64,000 nt of DNA from Candidatus Altiarchaeota archaeon. GTDB lineage: Archaea > Altiarchaeota > Altiarchaeia > IMC4 > SCGC-AAA252-I15. Positions 27,945 through 38,014 of the stretch are shown here, piece after piece. Numbering within the stretch: the first letter of the stretch is position 1; each line of letters begins with the position of its first letter. The DNA lies in assembly GCA_043813075.1 (NCBI GenBank), contig JBDRLL010000033.1:6574-70573 (forward strand), given 5' to 3'. The notes under the pieces were generated by a model. That model was not told the DNA's origin and made no database searches. It saw only the letters and a program-made list of their open reading frames with translations. The position numbers and the translations under genes were made by a program.

Positions 27945-29105
27945 ATGAACGCAAAATTCCCAGGGATTATCGCCTTAATATTGTTTTTGGCCTTATTCCT
28001 CATCGCAGCATCCCACGCGCGCAACGGCAGGGGGAATGACCCGGCCAAAAACGTGGTTTCGGAACGATTGGAGTCGGTAGGATATCTGCCGTACGTTGAG
28101 GAGGAGGCTGCTCCCGGGAAGTTGGGGGTGACCGTGTACGACCAGGAGTACGCTTACACTGGAGTGAACCTCTACACACCCCAGAGGCTTGGCGTCGCAT
28201 ACCTTATAGGCATGGACGGGAGCGTCCTGCACGAATGGAAGGCTCCTGAAGGGGTTCCCGACGATTGGGTGTCCCTGAAGATAATCGACAGGGATAACGT
28301 CGTCGTGATGATGCAGGAACATCTCATGGGGATGGGGTGGGACTCCAGCATCAAATGGGTTGACGACAACAGATACCACCACGACTTCACTGTCGCAGAG
28401 AACGGCGACATCTATGCCCTCGCGAAGAAGAGCAGGTACTACCGGAAACTCGGTGGCTGGATACTCGACGACTACATAATAGTATTGGACAGGGATGGGG
28501 AGGTCAAGAAGAGCATATCAGTCTACGAGCTTTTGGGGGGAGACTTCGTCAGTAAGAGAGCTAGGCTGAATGAGACCGCGGACGTGTTCCACACAAACAC
28601 CATAGATATCATAGACCATGACATTGAAGTCGGCGAGAGGGGTGATTTCATACTATGCTTCAGGCACTTGGACATGATAGCCGTAGTCGACCTTGAGAAG
28701 GAAGAGATAGTCTGGAGCTGGGGGGAAGGCATACTAGACAGACCCCACCACCCCACAGTACTCGAGGACGGTAACATACTGGTATTCGACAACGGCAATA
28801 ATAGAGGCTACTCAAGGGTCGTTGAATACGACCCCGGCGACGACAAGATAGTGTGGGAATATGTGGCAGACAAGAGGAAGTCTTTTTTCACTAGTGAGAG
28901 GGGTGGCAGCCAGAGGCTTCCTAACGGAAACACTCTCATAACCGAGTCGAATAAAGGCCACGTGTTTGAAGTCACTGAAAAGGGAGAAATCGTGTGGGAG
29001 TACTGGCTTCCAGAGAAGCACGAGAACGGCAGGAGGGCTACATTATACCGGATGGCCAGGCTTGACGAGGAAACACTTACACCATTGAATGGGGTGGCTG
29101 CGTGA
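27945..29105 (+). CDS. Arylsulfotransferase (ASST)-like beta-propeller protein, membrane-anchored, paralog 1
   Basis: It has an N-terminal TM/signal anchor plus YHHDFTVAENGDIYAL, FHTNTIDII, HHPTVLEDGNILVFDNGNN and GGSQRLPNGNTLITES. Confidence 0.55.
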   Translation: MNAKFPGIIALILFLALFLIAASHARNGRGNDPAKNVVSERLESVGYLPYVEEEAAPGKLGVTVYDQEYAYTGVNLYTPQRLGVAYLIGMDGSVLHEWKAPEGVPDDWVSLKIIDRDNVVVMMQEHLMGMGWDSSIKWVDDNRYHHDFTVAENGDIYALAKKSRYYRKLGGWILDDYIIVLDRDGEVKKSISVYELLGGDFVSKRARLNETADVFHTNTIDIIDHDIEVGERGDFILCFRHLDMIAVVDLEKEEIVWSWGEGILDRPHHPTVLEDGNILVFDNGNNRGYSRVVEYDPGDDKIVWEYVADKRKSFFTSERGGSQRLPNGNTLITESNKGHVFEVTEKGEIVWEYWLPEKHENGRRATLYRMARLDEETLTPLNGVAA

Positions 29106-30235
29106 AGAGCATACTGCTGACTGTTCTGACTATGCTGGTGGCCATGGCTGCCGTGAGGACGATGACTGGCACTGTTAAAGAAGGCATTGGGGATTCTGTA
29201 GAATCCATTGGAGAGCGGCTGGAGTCCATAGGCTATGTCCCCTACGTGGTTGATGACGAGAATCCTGACATGGAGGGGGTTACCGTATACGATAGAGGGC
29301 TTGCTTATCAGGGATTGAACCTGTATACTCCGGCCAGGCTCGGCAGGTCATACCTGATGGACATGGAGGGGAATAAGATGCACGAATGGAAGGCGCCCAA
29401 GGGGTTCCCAGGAAAATGGGAGTTCGCGAACACGGTGGACAACAATTCGCTCATTATAGTGATACGCGACCACCTGTCAAAGATGTGGTGGAATTCGAGC
29501 GTAGAGTGGACTTCGAAGGGTAAGTATCACCACGATTTTGACGTGTCAGAAGAGGGGGACATATACGCCCTAAGCAAGGGCATCAGGAGGTATGAAGGTG
29601 TCGGGAGGATACTAGACAACCATATTGTGGTACTAACGCCGGAGGGGAGAGTCAAAAAGAGGATATCAGTGTTCAAACTACTCGGAGAGGAATACGTTAA
29701 GAGGGTGATGAAGCTCAACGAGACCAGGGACGTGTTCCACGCGAACACCATAGATTTGATAGAGGATGACGTCGGCATCGGAGTGGAGGGTGACGTGCTA
29801 CTATGCTTCAGGAACATAAACCTCGTTGCGATAGCTGACTTGGAGGATGAGAGGATAGTATGGAGTTGGGGTGAAGATGAGCTTAGATGGCCCCATCACC
29901 CCACGATACTCGAGAACGGGAACATACAGGTCTTTGACAACCGAGCTGGCAGTGGAAGCTCGCGAGTTGTAGAATACGACCCGATTGGGGGGGAGATAGT
30001 CTGGGAGTATGAGGGAGACCCCCCGAAATCGTTTTACACTTCCACTAGGGGCGGCAGCCAGAGGCTTCCTAACGGAAACATACTTATCACCGAGACCAAC
30101 AGGGGGAGGGTATTCGAGGTCACTGGAGATGGCAGGATCGTGTGGGAGTATTGGATACCGGAAAGGTACGACGGCAAGAGGGCTGTCGTATACAGGATGA
30201 TACGGTTGGGGTCAGGCTCCTTTAAAGAAATTTAA
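29102..30235 (+). CDS. Arylsulfotransferase (ASST)-like beta-propeller protein, paralog 2
   Basis: The GTG start overlaps the upstream stop (GTGA). It carries the same motif set as paralog 1 and is alignable with it over the full length by eye. Confidence 0.55.
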   Translation: MKSILLTVLTMLVAMAAVRTMTGTVKEGIGDSVESIGERLESIGYVPYVVDDENPDMEGVTVYDRGLAYQGLNLYTPARLGRSYLMDMEGNKMHEWKAPKGFPGKWEFANTVDNNSLIIVIRDHLSKMWWNSSVEWTSKGKYHHDFDVSEEGDIYALSKGIRRYEGVGRILDNHIVVLTPEGRVKKRISVFKLLGEEYVKRVMKLNETRDVFHANTIDLIEDDVGIGVEGDVLLCFRNINLVAIADLEDERIVWSWGEDELRWPHHPTILENGNIQVFDNRAGSGSSRVVEYDPIGGEIVWEYEGDPPKSFYTSTRGGSQRLPNGNILITETNRGRVFEVTGDGRIVWEYWIPERYDGKRAVVYRMIRLGSGSFKEI

Positions 30236-30261
30236 GTGTTATATACGAATAAGTGAGGAAT

Positions 30262-31443
30262 ATGTTTTCAAGGCGATTAGGGGCGTATATTATCCTGGCA
30301 ATTTTGGTCGTGATAATCCTGATTGCAAACCATTTAAAGGGCCATATTGCCGTGGGAGAGGAGTCAATTGATGTCGAAGGTCCGCAACATGGCAACAATA
30401 TTTCGATCGAGGAAAGACTGAAGTCCCTGGGTTATTTGTCGTACGTTGTCGAAGAGAGGGACCCTAGCAAGAATGGCGTAACAATACACGACAGGATGCG
30501 CGCCTATCAGGGGCTTAACCTCTACACTCCAGAAGACATTGGGGTAGTATACCTCATCGACATGGACGGCAACAAGGTCTTTGAATGGAAGGCTAAGGAG
30601 GGCGTTCCGAGGAACTGGAGGTACGCTAAGATAGCGGAAAACATGTCTATCCTAGTCAACATAGGGCTCTCTGAGATCGCGAGGATAGACAGGGACTCCA
30701 GCCTAGTTTGGATAACGAATCAAAGCGGATACCACCACGACCTGACAGTCGCAGAGAACGGCGACATATACGCTATAAGGGCGATAGTCAGACATATTGA
30801 GGGTATTGGAAACATCCTAGACGAAAATATCGTTGTGATGGACGAGAATGGTGACGAGAAGAGAGCCATCTCACTATTCGATATTCTTGGGAAGAGATTC
30901 GTCAGGGATAGGATACAGGTTAGGAAGGACAACATAGACATATTCCACGTAAACAGTATCGGGATAATACCGAGAGAGATAGGGGTTGCTAGAAAGGGGG
31001 ATGTCATGATATGCGTTAGGAACATGAACCTTATAGTGATAGTAAACACCACGGACGGAAGAGTAATGTGGAGGGGTGGCAGATACATTCTCGAGCGCCC
31101 GCACAACCCGGTCATACTACCCAACAACAACATACTCGTCTTCGACAACGGACCGTTCAGGGGATACTCAAGGGTGCTGTCAATCGACCCACGTAAAAGA
31201 GAATTGGTGGGGGAATATAATATGAAAAACGAGTCTTTCTTCACCGCCAACATGGGAGGTAACCAGAGACTGCCCAACGGAAACACGCTCATAACAGAAT
31301 CGGACAAGGGAAGAGCATTTGAGATAACCAGTAGGGGGGAGATAGTCTGGGAATTCTACGTGCCAGAGAGGGATGATAATGGTAACAGACCAGTGATATA
31401 CAGGATGCATCGGGTAAGACCCAGCGTAATAGAGAGGGTTTAG
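30262..31443 (+). CDS. Arylsulfotransferase (ASST)-like beta-propeller protein, paralog 3
   Basis: The ATG at 30262 is preceded by GTGAGG. It carries the same motif set (YHHDLTVAENGDIYAI, FHVNSIGII, HNPVILPNNNILVFDNG, GGNQRLPNGNTLITES). Confidence 0.55.
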   Translation: MFSRRLGAYIILAILVVIILIANHLKGHIAVGEESIDVEGPQHGNNISIEERLKSLGYLSYVVEERDPSKNGVTIHDRMRAYQGLNLYTPEDIGVVYLIDMDGNKVFEWKAKEGVPRNWRYAKIAENMSILVNIGLSEIARIDRDSSLVWITNQSGYHHDLTVAENGDIYAIRAIVRHIEGIGNILDENIVVMDENGDEKRAISLFDILGKRFVRDRIQVRKDNIDIFHVNSIGIIPREIGVARKGDVMICVRNMNLIVIVNTTDGRVMWRGGRYILERPHNPVILPNNNILVFDNGPFRGYSRVLSIDPRKRELVGEYNMKNESFFTANMGGNQRLPNGNTLITESDKGRAFEITSRGEIVWEFYVPERDDNGNRPVIYRMHRVRPSVIERV

Positions 31444-31459
31444 CAAGTTTCAGGCAGGC

Positions 31460-32662
31460 ATGTTTTATTTGATGGAATCATATTCATACCTGATGCTCGA
31501 GTCGCCGATAATACAGTTGCTCTTAATACTGCTGGCAGGATGGTACATGGGTAGGCTTTTCAGGAAAAGCCTCGACCTGCCGCCGATGCTCGGAGAGCTG
31601 ATAGCCGGACTAATCTTCGGACCGTCCATACTGAACCTCATACACCCGAGCGAGTACATAGACTTCCTAGCAGAGCTTGGAATATTCTTCCTAATGTTCT
31701 ACGCTGGGACTGAAACCGACCCTAAAATGTTCTTCAAATCATTGAGGCCGTCAATACTCTGCGGGATAATGGGCTTCGTGATACCCTTCACCCTCGGATA
31801 TTATGGGACTGTATTCCTCATGCCCTCCGCGACAATGTACCAGGCGCTTTTCATAGGTCTTGGCCTCTCCATCACAGCCATAGCCGTTAACGCCAGGATA
31901 CTCATGGACTTGAACATGCAGAACAGCAAGATAGGCCACATACTGATAGGTGCGGCACTTGTCGATGACATACTGTCGCTGGGCTTCTTCTCCGCCCTGG
32001 TGGATACGATAAAGATTGGTCATTTCTCCTATTCTTCAGTCACTGTTTCGATGCTTCACGTGATAATGTTCTTCCTCATAACATATGGGATAGGTAAGCT
32101 CGTGCTGCCTATGGTCAACAAATACTATCTTGAGAAGGAGGGTCACGGATTCACGTTCAGCCTGCTGACTGCACTTGTTTTCTCCGTTATCGCGGAGTCG
32201 ATGGGACTCCACCTTATTATCGGGGCCTTCCTCGCGGGACTGTTCGTTAGGGAGGAGATGAAGGAGGATAAGCTGATTGACATGCTGAACGACAGGCTTA
32301 TGATCATAAGCTATGGATTCCTTGGGCCGGTATTCTTCGTCTCGCTCGCATTCAACGTGGAGCTGTCTGCGATATTGCATGAGGCATTCTTTCTTATCGT
32401 GGTGCTAGTCATCGCCTTGGGGGGGAAGTTCATCGGCGCATACCTGGGGTGTGTGATGGCGAAGGTCAGGAGGGAGGATAGCATAATTATATCCGCTGGG
32501 ATGAACGGGCGTGGAGCCGTTGAGCTCATACTCGTCAGCGCTGGAGTCAGCCTGGGCATACTGAACAACCAGATCGTCACCATACTAGTGTCTATGGCTT
32601 TCATAACAACACTGATAACGCCAATAGCCTTCAAGACCCTCCTCAAAAGGTATGGTAGGTAG
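31460..32662 (+). CDS. Cation:proton antiporter (CPA2/Kef-NapA type)
   Basis: The protein is polytopic and has GELIAGLIFGPS near its N-terminus. An alternative start lies at 31493. Confidence 0.8.
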   Translation: MFYLMESYSYLMLESPIIQLLLILLAGWYMGRLFRKSLDLPPMLGELIAGLIFGPSILNLIHPSEYIDFLAELGIFFLMFYAGTETDPKMFFKSLRPSILCGIMGFVIPFTLGYYGTVFLMPSATMYQALFIGLGLSITAIAVNARILMDLNMQNSKIGHILIGAALVDDILSLGFFSALVDTIKIGHFSYSSVTVSMLHVIMFFLITYGIGKLVLPMVNKYYLEKEGHGFTFSLLTALVFSVIAESMGLHLIIGAFLAGLFVREEMKEDKLIDMLNDRLMIISYGFLGPVFFVSLAFNVELSAILHEAFFLIVVLVIALGGKFIGAYLGCVMAKVRREDSIIISAGMNGRGAVELILVSAGVSLGILNNQIVTILVSMAFITTLITPIAFKTLLKRYGR

Positions 32663-32674
32663 TCCTCTTTTTTC

Positions 32675-34771
32675 ATGCAATACCCTATATCTTATCCCAT
32701 GCTTTTCAGAGAACTGGATATCGCGGACGAGTTCAAGAACATCATCGACGCCCTGGGAGTGGAGAGGCTATACCCGCCCCAGGAGGATGCGGTAAAAGCA
32801 GGGATACTGGAGAAGAAGAACCTTATACTCTGCACTCCAACCGCCTCCGGGAAGACGCTGACCGCGGAACTTGCAATAATGAAGGCGTTGGAGTCGGGGG
32901 GGAAGGCAGTGTATATAGTGCCGCTCCGAGCCCTAGCCTACGAGAAGTACGTTGAATTCAGGAAGTACGAGCAGCTAGGATACAAGGTACGGCTCGAGGT
33001 GGGGGACCTGGACTCCAGCAAATACAAGCGAAAACCAGCGTTCGACATCATAGTGGCGACCGCGGAAAAATGCGATTCCATACTAAGGAGCAGGCCCAGA
33101 TGGTTCCAGGGGACAAGCGTCCTAGTGCTCGACGAGATACACTTGATAGCCTCCGACCGCGGGCCAGTATACGAGGTATTGACTGCTAAGTTCAGGAACA
33201 TATACCCGGACGTCCAGGTGCTCGGCCTGTCTGCGACCATCGGCAACGCCGGCGAGCTGGCTGAATGGCTGAACGCAGACCTCCTGCAGTCCGACTGGAG
33301 GCCTGTGAAGCTGAACGAGAGCGTAGTCGTTAGGGAGGATGAGTCGCTGGGTGATGTCGTAGCCTCCAGTGTGGCTGAAGGGCAGGTGCTTGTTTTCGTG
33401 AACTCTAGACGGAGCGCGGAGGCTGTCGCCGAGAAACTGGGTAACGAGCTTAACCTAGCTTCAGACAGCGAAAGACTGGGGGGGATAGCAGAGGAAGTCC
33501 TCGACGCCCTGGGCAACCCAACAAGACAATGCAAGAGGCTCGCAGAATGCGTGAGGCGGGGGACCGCATTCCATCATGCAGGCCTCGTCAACAAGCAGCG
33601 GATACTCATAGAGGACGCATTCAAGGAAGGGCTTGTGAAGGTGATATCCGCAACACCAACGCTCGCTGCGGGAGTGAACCTTCCGGCGAGGACAGTAGTG
33701 GTGAGGGACGTGAAGAGGTTCACGCAGAACGGCATGGCGTACATACCTGTCTTAGAGTACAAGCAGCAGGTTGGCCGCGCAGGAAGGCCGAAATATGATA
33801 AGGTTGGTGATGCTATCACCATCGCGTCGAGCAGTGATGAGGCAGGGTATATTGACGAGCACTACGTTCACGGAGAGCCGGAGGACATCCACTCGCAGTT
33901 GGGTATAAAGCCTGTCTTGAGGTTCCACAGCCTGGCTTCCATAGCTTCATCGTTCACCAGGACGAGTGACGCGTTGATAGAGTTCTTCAGAGCCACTTTC
34001 TTCGGATTCCAGTACGGGGTTAGGAGCGAGTTCGAGTCCATGATAAATGAGATCGTGTCTGAGCTGGTTGAATGGGGCTTCGTGAAGACTGAAAACAGGT
34101 TCCTTGCGGCGACAGAGCTAGGCGCCAGGGTGTCGGAGTTGTACATAGACCCGATGACCGCCCACAACTACCTTGAACTCCTGAATAAGGCGGAGGAGGG
34201 GGAGAAATTCTCTGAACTCGGGCTGCTTGAAGTGCTTTCAGACGCAGTGGAGATAATCCACCTGCCTGTGAAGCACAAGGAGGAGGCGGTCATATGGGAG
34301 GAAGCCTACAGGGTGGAGGACGAGCTGCTGAGGGATCTCGGAGGATTCGACCTGGACTTCCAGTTCCTCAACCGGTTCAAGACCGCGAAAATGTTTGTGG
34401 ACTGGGTTAACGAGAAGACTGAGGACGGGATACTGGAGGACTATAACGTCACGCCAGGACAGTTGAACATGAGGCTGCAGAACCTGGAGTGGCTCTGCTA
34501 TGCTGCGTCAGAACTGACTAGGATCACGAAGTTGAGGAAGAGCCATGTCGAATTGAGCAGGCTGGGTGTTAGAATCAAGTACGGGGTCCGGAAGGAGCTG
34601 CTGCCGCTAGTGGCGTTCAAGGAGGTCGGCCGCGTTAGGGCGCGGAAGCTCTTCAGAGATGGTTTGAAGACTCCTTCAGACCTTAAGAAGGCCAGTCTCA
34701 CTGAGATGGCGGACATAGTTGGCTTGAAGACTGCGAGAAAGATAAAATCCCAGTTGGCTGGATTCGACTGA
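32675..34771 (+). CDS. hel308: Ski2-like DNA helicase Hel308
   Basis: It has LYPPQ (Q motif), TPTASGKT, DEIH, SAT, HHAGL, QQVGRAGR, and a C-terminal HhH-like domain. Confidence 0.9.
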   Translation: MQYPISYPMLFRELDIADEFKNIIDALGVERLYPPQEDAVKAGILEKKNLILCTPTASGKTLTAELAIMKALESGGKAVYIVPLRALAYEKYVEFRKYEQLGYKVRLEVGDLDSSKYKRKPAFDIIVATAEKCDSILRSRPRWFQGTSVLVLDEIHLIASDRGPVYEVLTAKFRNIYPDVQVLGLSATIGNAGELAEWLNADLLQSDWRPVKLNESVVVREDESLGDVVASSVAEGQVLVFVNSRRSAEAVAEKLGNELNLASDSERLGGIAEEVLDALGNPTRQCKRLAECVRRGTAFHHAGLVNKQRILIEDAFKEGLVKVISATPTLAAGVNLPARTVVVRDVKRFTQNGMAYIPVLEYKQQVGRAGRPKYDKVGDAITIASSSDEAGYIDEHYVHGEPEDIHSQLGIKPVLRFHSLASIASSFTRTSDALIEFFRATFFGFQYGVRSEFESMINEIVSELVEWGFVKTENRFLAATELGARVSELYIDPMTAHNYLELLNKAEEGEKFSELGLLEVLSDAVEIIHLPVKHKEEAVIWEEAYRVEDELLRDLGGFDLDFQFLNRFKTAKMFVDWVNEKTEDGILEDYNVTPGQLNMRLQNLEWLCYAASELTRITKLRKSHVELSRLGVRIKYGVRKELLPLVAFKEVGRVRARKLFRDGLKTPSDLKKASLTEMADIVGLKTARKIKSQLAGFD

Positions 34772-35689
34772 CTACCTTAGGTTTTCAAGCAGCTCGCAGA
34801 CCTTGCATTTTTCCCCTGAAGACGGCTCCCCGCATAGGGGGCAGTACTTCATCTTCTTCCCTGCGTAATCCTGCCTGAGCAGTCCTATGAGCCGGTCTGT
34901 GCTGTTCAGCATCTGATACTTGCTTCCAGGATGGCGTTTCTCGAGGGTGTCGAGCATGGACTTGACGCTCCTTCTGAACGCACCCTTAGCGTGCGGGCAG
35001 TCAAATGATGCTATGGGAATCCTGTTAAGCCTGGCGTAGAGCTTCACCTCATCCTCTGGAATCTCCCTGAGAGGCTTTATGCGCGGGACGAAACGCTCGT
35101 CCCCGACAACACCCACTATAGGCCCGAGCCTGCTGGTCCGGTCGTATTCCCCGCGCACGAAGTTCATGAAGGAGGATTGGACTTCATCGTCAAGGTTGTG
35201 GCCTGTAGCTATGCGGGATACCCCCAGCTCAATTGCCTTGGTGTTCAATAGCCTGCGGCGTAGCACGCCGCAGTAAGTGCACGCGTTCACGCCCTCATCC
35301 CTGACCTTGCGCATTATGTCGTCCAGTTTGATGCCGTACTCCTCCTTAAAGGAGTATGTGTGGGATTTGACTCCGGTCTTATCACAATATTTGGACACCT
35401 TGTTGAACACCTTCTTTTTGCCCCTTATGCCCTCGTCTATGACTATGGTGACGACCTCGATTTTCGGATTCCTTGACGTTAGATCCATCAGTAGCTTAAG
35501 GACGGTCATGGAGTCCTTGCCGCCAGACAATGCGACCGCGATCCTGCCTGAAGAAGGCAGGAGCTTGTTTATCCTTACAGTCTTCCTAACCCTCTTCTCC
35601 AACAGCCTGCTGAAGCAGCCCTCACACATTGTCTTGCCGTAATACCTGAGTTTAACGACAGCCCTGCTGCCGCAGTCGTCGCAGTTCAT
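34772..35689 (-). CDS. tRNA 2-thiolation PP-loop ATPase (TtuA/NcsA family)
   Basis: It has an N-terminal Zn finger (CDDCGS...CEGC), the PP-loop ALSGGKDS, CTYCGVLRR, GHNLDDE, and a C-terminal CPLCG...CKVC. Confidence 0.85.
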   Translation of the reverse strand: MNCDDCGSRAVVKLRYYGKTMCEGCFSRLLEKRVRKTVRINKLLPSSGRIAVALSGGKDSMTVLKLLMDLTSRNPKIEVVTIVIDEGIRGKKKVFNKVSKYCDKTGVKSHTYSFKEEYGIKLDDIMRKVRDEGVNACTYCGVLRRRLLNTKAIELGVSRIATGHNLDDEVQSSFMNFVRGEYDRTSRLGPIVGVVGDERFVPRIKPLREIPEDEVKLYARLNRIPIASFDCPHAKGAFRRSVKSMLDTLEKRHPGSKYQMLNSTDRLIGLLRQDYAGKKMKYCPLCGEPSSGEKCKVCELLENLR

Positions 35690-36138
35690 TTCAATTCGTA
35701 GACTTCCTCAATCCTCTTCAGAACCCTCTCAGTGAAGGCGGCGGACTCCTTAACAACCTCCATTGTGTAGTCCTTGAACGCCCTGCTGGGAGGCTTGTTG
35801 GATGTGAACCTGTATTTCCCCGCGAAATTGTCTATGAGACGTATGTTCTGGAAGTACTTAAGCCAGACCTGCAGGTTACGGTCCGTCAGACCCCACATTG
35901 GGTCCTTTGACTTACGCCTGCGCCTTAACTCCAGAATAAGTATCTTGATTTCCCCCGCGCCAAGGGATACGTCCTTCGTCTTGGCGTTAACCAATACTTC
36001 AATCAGGTCCCTTGCGACGTCGGATGTTATCCCAATAGAGTCCAGGAACAATTCGACAAGCTCCCTCCTGTCGTCAGTAAGCAGAGCGGACTCGTCAAAC
36101 CACCTGAATTTGATGTCAGCTAGGAGATCCCTCATCAA
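35686..36138 (-). CDS. Hypothetical protein, translationally coupled to TtuA/NcsA
   Basis: The 150-aa ORF has a 4-nt overlap with the downstream gene. I recognised no motif. Confidence 0.45.
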   Translation of the reverse strand: MMRDLLADIKFRWFDESALLTDDRRELVELFLDSIGITSDVARDLIEVLVNAKTKDVSLGAGEIKILILELRRRRKSKDPMWGLTDRNLQVWLKYFQNIRLIDNFAGKYRFTSNKPPSRAFKDYTMEVVKESAAFTERVLKRIEEVYELK

Positions 36139-36201
36139 CTAGGATATTCAACTTCCAGGCTTAAATGAGTTGTTTTATATAGGGAAGACTTATATTAAGG
36201 T

Positions 36202-36687
36202 ATGGGCGACAAGCCGATACTGGAGAGGCAGTTCAACGAAGACCTGGACATTGAAGCCAAACTGGGGGAGGGAGGCGTCATAGCCAGACTATACCTGGAA
36301 GTCCAAGGAAACGACAAGGAGGCCGCTCAAAAGGCCTTGGAGAGCACTATCTTCGAGAAGATGAATTCGGAGCCCATGATGGACCTGCTTGAAGCCAAAC
36401 TCTATGACATAGAGGAGAGTGAGGACAAAAAGTTCTTCTCTGGCGTCGCAGAGGTCAAGCTCATTGCAGACGACTTCAGGAGCTTCATAAACGTGTCCAT
36501 GAGGTACGGGCCCACCGCCATAGAGATAATAGAGCCTGATGAAGTCAGCCTTGACTTGGATAAGATGCATGCGATAGCAGGCGACGTCAGCAGCATGATG
36601 CAACTCTTCTCTAACCAGATTATAAGCATGCTAAAGGACCCTGAGAGAGCAGCCCTGTACAGGCAGATGATAGAGAAAGAGGGTTGA
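36202..36687 (+). CDS. Hypothetical acidic protein
   Basis: The 161-aa ORF has a TATA-like box (ttttatatagg) upstream. I recognised no motif. Confidence 0.45.
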   Translation: MGDKPILERQFNEDLDIEAKLGEGGVIARLYLEVQGNDKEAAQKALESTIFEKMNSEPMMDLLEAKLYDIEESEDKKFFSGVAEVKLIADDFRSFINVSMRYGPTAIEIIEPDEVSLDLDKMHAIAGDVSSMMQLFSNQIISMLKDPERAALYRQMIEKEG

Positions 36688-36728
36688 ATTCACATTATAA
36701 TAGCCTTTAGGGGGTAAATAATACTAAG

Positions 36729-37802
36729 ATGAGGTATTTAGCCATCTTCGCAGCGCTATTGATATTTGCTTCTACAAGCTCAGCCGACACCATCAGCGAC
36801 ATAAACCTGTGGATCGGCGATGACGGGATAACGTGGATAGAGGAGAGGATAACGGTAAGTGACAGTGAAGCAGCCTACTCCAGCATACTGGTCCCTGATT
36901 TCATAAGCAACGTAACAGTACTCGGGCCGGAGGGAAGGCTGAACTACACTCTGATGCCTGAAGGGAAATACAATAGGGTGCTCTTCTACCTTAAGAGGCC
37001 GCTGGAAGAGGGTGAGACCAAGGACGTCTGGGTTAAGTTCGGCAGCCCCCTTCTCACCGCTAAGACCGGCGGCAACTGGGTTGTGAGCTACTATACGCCA
37101 ACTACCTCTGGGGCCACCATAATGAGGATTAACTTTCCTGTTGGGACGAAGATAATATCCCTGAAGCCGGATGACATACTTAGGAGCTATGACAAGTATG
37201 CTCTCTGGCTCTACCCCCATAGGGAGGAGATAGAATTCAAGGTGACCTACGAGTATGGTAACATCCCCGCCCCAACAACCACTACGACGATCATAATGGA
37301 GGCTCCTGTGAACGACAGCAGGCAGATTGACGCGGGAATCATAATGATAGAGTACAGGACCTTCCTGATGATAGTGGGGGTATTATTCTCACTGATAACC
37401 CTTCTTGTGGTGTTCATAGTGTGGAAGAAGAGGCTTTCACTTGTCGTAAGGGAGGAGAATAACATAGGGCGGAGGGTGGACTACGAGCCTGACGAGTTAA
37501 TAGGTGGTTCCACTCTCGTCAACGGTAGCATATCTTACAGCATAAACGGTGATGAAAAGAGGGGTTCTGGGAAGGTTAAGGATTCTGTAATCAAGATGCT
37601 TGACGAGAAAGAGCTTGCCATAGTGAAGATACTAGAGAAAGCAGAGGAGGAAGTCACCCAAGCATACATCTACAAGACAACAGGAATACCTAAAACAAGC
37701 TTATCAGACATTATAAGGCGGATAGAGAAGAGAAATATAGTTGAAATAAAAAAAGAGGGTAGGACAAACTGGATAAGTCTAAAAGAATGGGTACTAGAGT
37801 AG
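36729..37802 (+). CDS. Membrane-tethered winged-HTH regulator (COG2512-like): signal peptide, extracellular domain, Thr run, TM, cytoplasmic wHTH
   Basis: It has a signal peptide (MRYLAIFAALLIFASTSSA), a PAPTTTTTII run, the TM FLMIVGVLFSLITLLVVFIVW, and a C-terminal wHTH (ELAIVKILEKAEEEVTQAYIYKTTGIPKTSLSDIIRRIEKRNIVEIKKEGRTNW). Confidence 0.65.
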   Translation: MRYLAIFAALLIFASTSSADTISDINLWIGDDGITWIEERITVSDSEAAYSSILVPDFISNVTVLGPEGRLNYTLMPEGKYNRVLFYLKRPLEEGETKDVWVKFGSPLLTAKTGGNWVVSYYTPTTSGATIMRINFPVGTKIISLKPDDILRSYDKYALWLYPHREEIEFKVTYEYGNIPAPTTTTTIIMEAPVNDSRQIDAGIIMIEYRTFLMIVGVLFSLITLLVVFIVWKKRLSLVVREENNIGRRVDYEPDELIGGSTLVNGSISYSINGDEKRGSGKVKDSVIKMLDEKELAIVKILEKAEEEVTQAYIYKTTGIPKTSLSDIIRRIEKRNIVEIKKEGRTNWISLKEWVLE

Positions 37803-38014
37803 ATAAAGAAAAAATAAGCTCTGTCGTACCTTTAAATCATATAAATAGGATGTTCGTACATTATATAGTATTTAAGTGGAATATAGGCCTGTTTGTACGA
37901 CTTAAATTATAAATATAGGCAAATCTAATTGATAGAAGTCAAGTAGCATGCGTACAGCATGTACCTTGAAAAAAACTAAAAAAACTATAAGAAAATAGGA
38001 GGTAAGCAACCAAA
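37803..38014 (+). promoter_or_regulatory. AT-rich promoter/leader of the S-layer gene, with repeated TATA-like units, five GTAC-core boxes, a leader hairpin and a strong SD
   Basis: Three similar units occur (GTCGTAC-ctttaaatcatataaatagg, TCGTAC-attatatagtatttaag, GTACGAC-ttaaattataaatatagg). GTCGTAC (37823-37829) and GTACGAC (37895-37901) form an inverted repeat. A hairpin catgc-gtaca-gcatg lies at 37947-37961, and GGAGG lies at 37998-38002. Confidence 0.6.
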
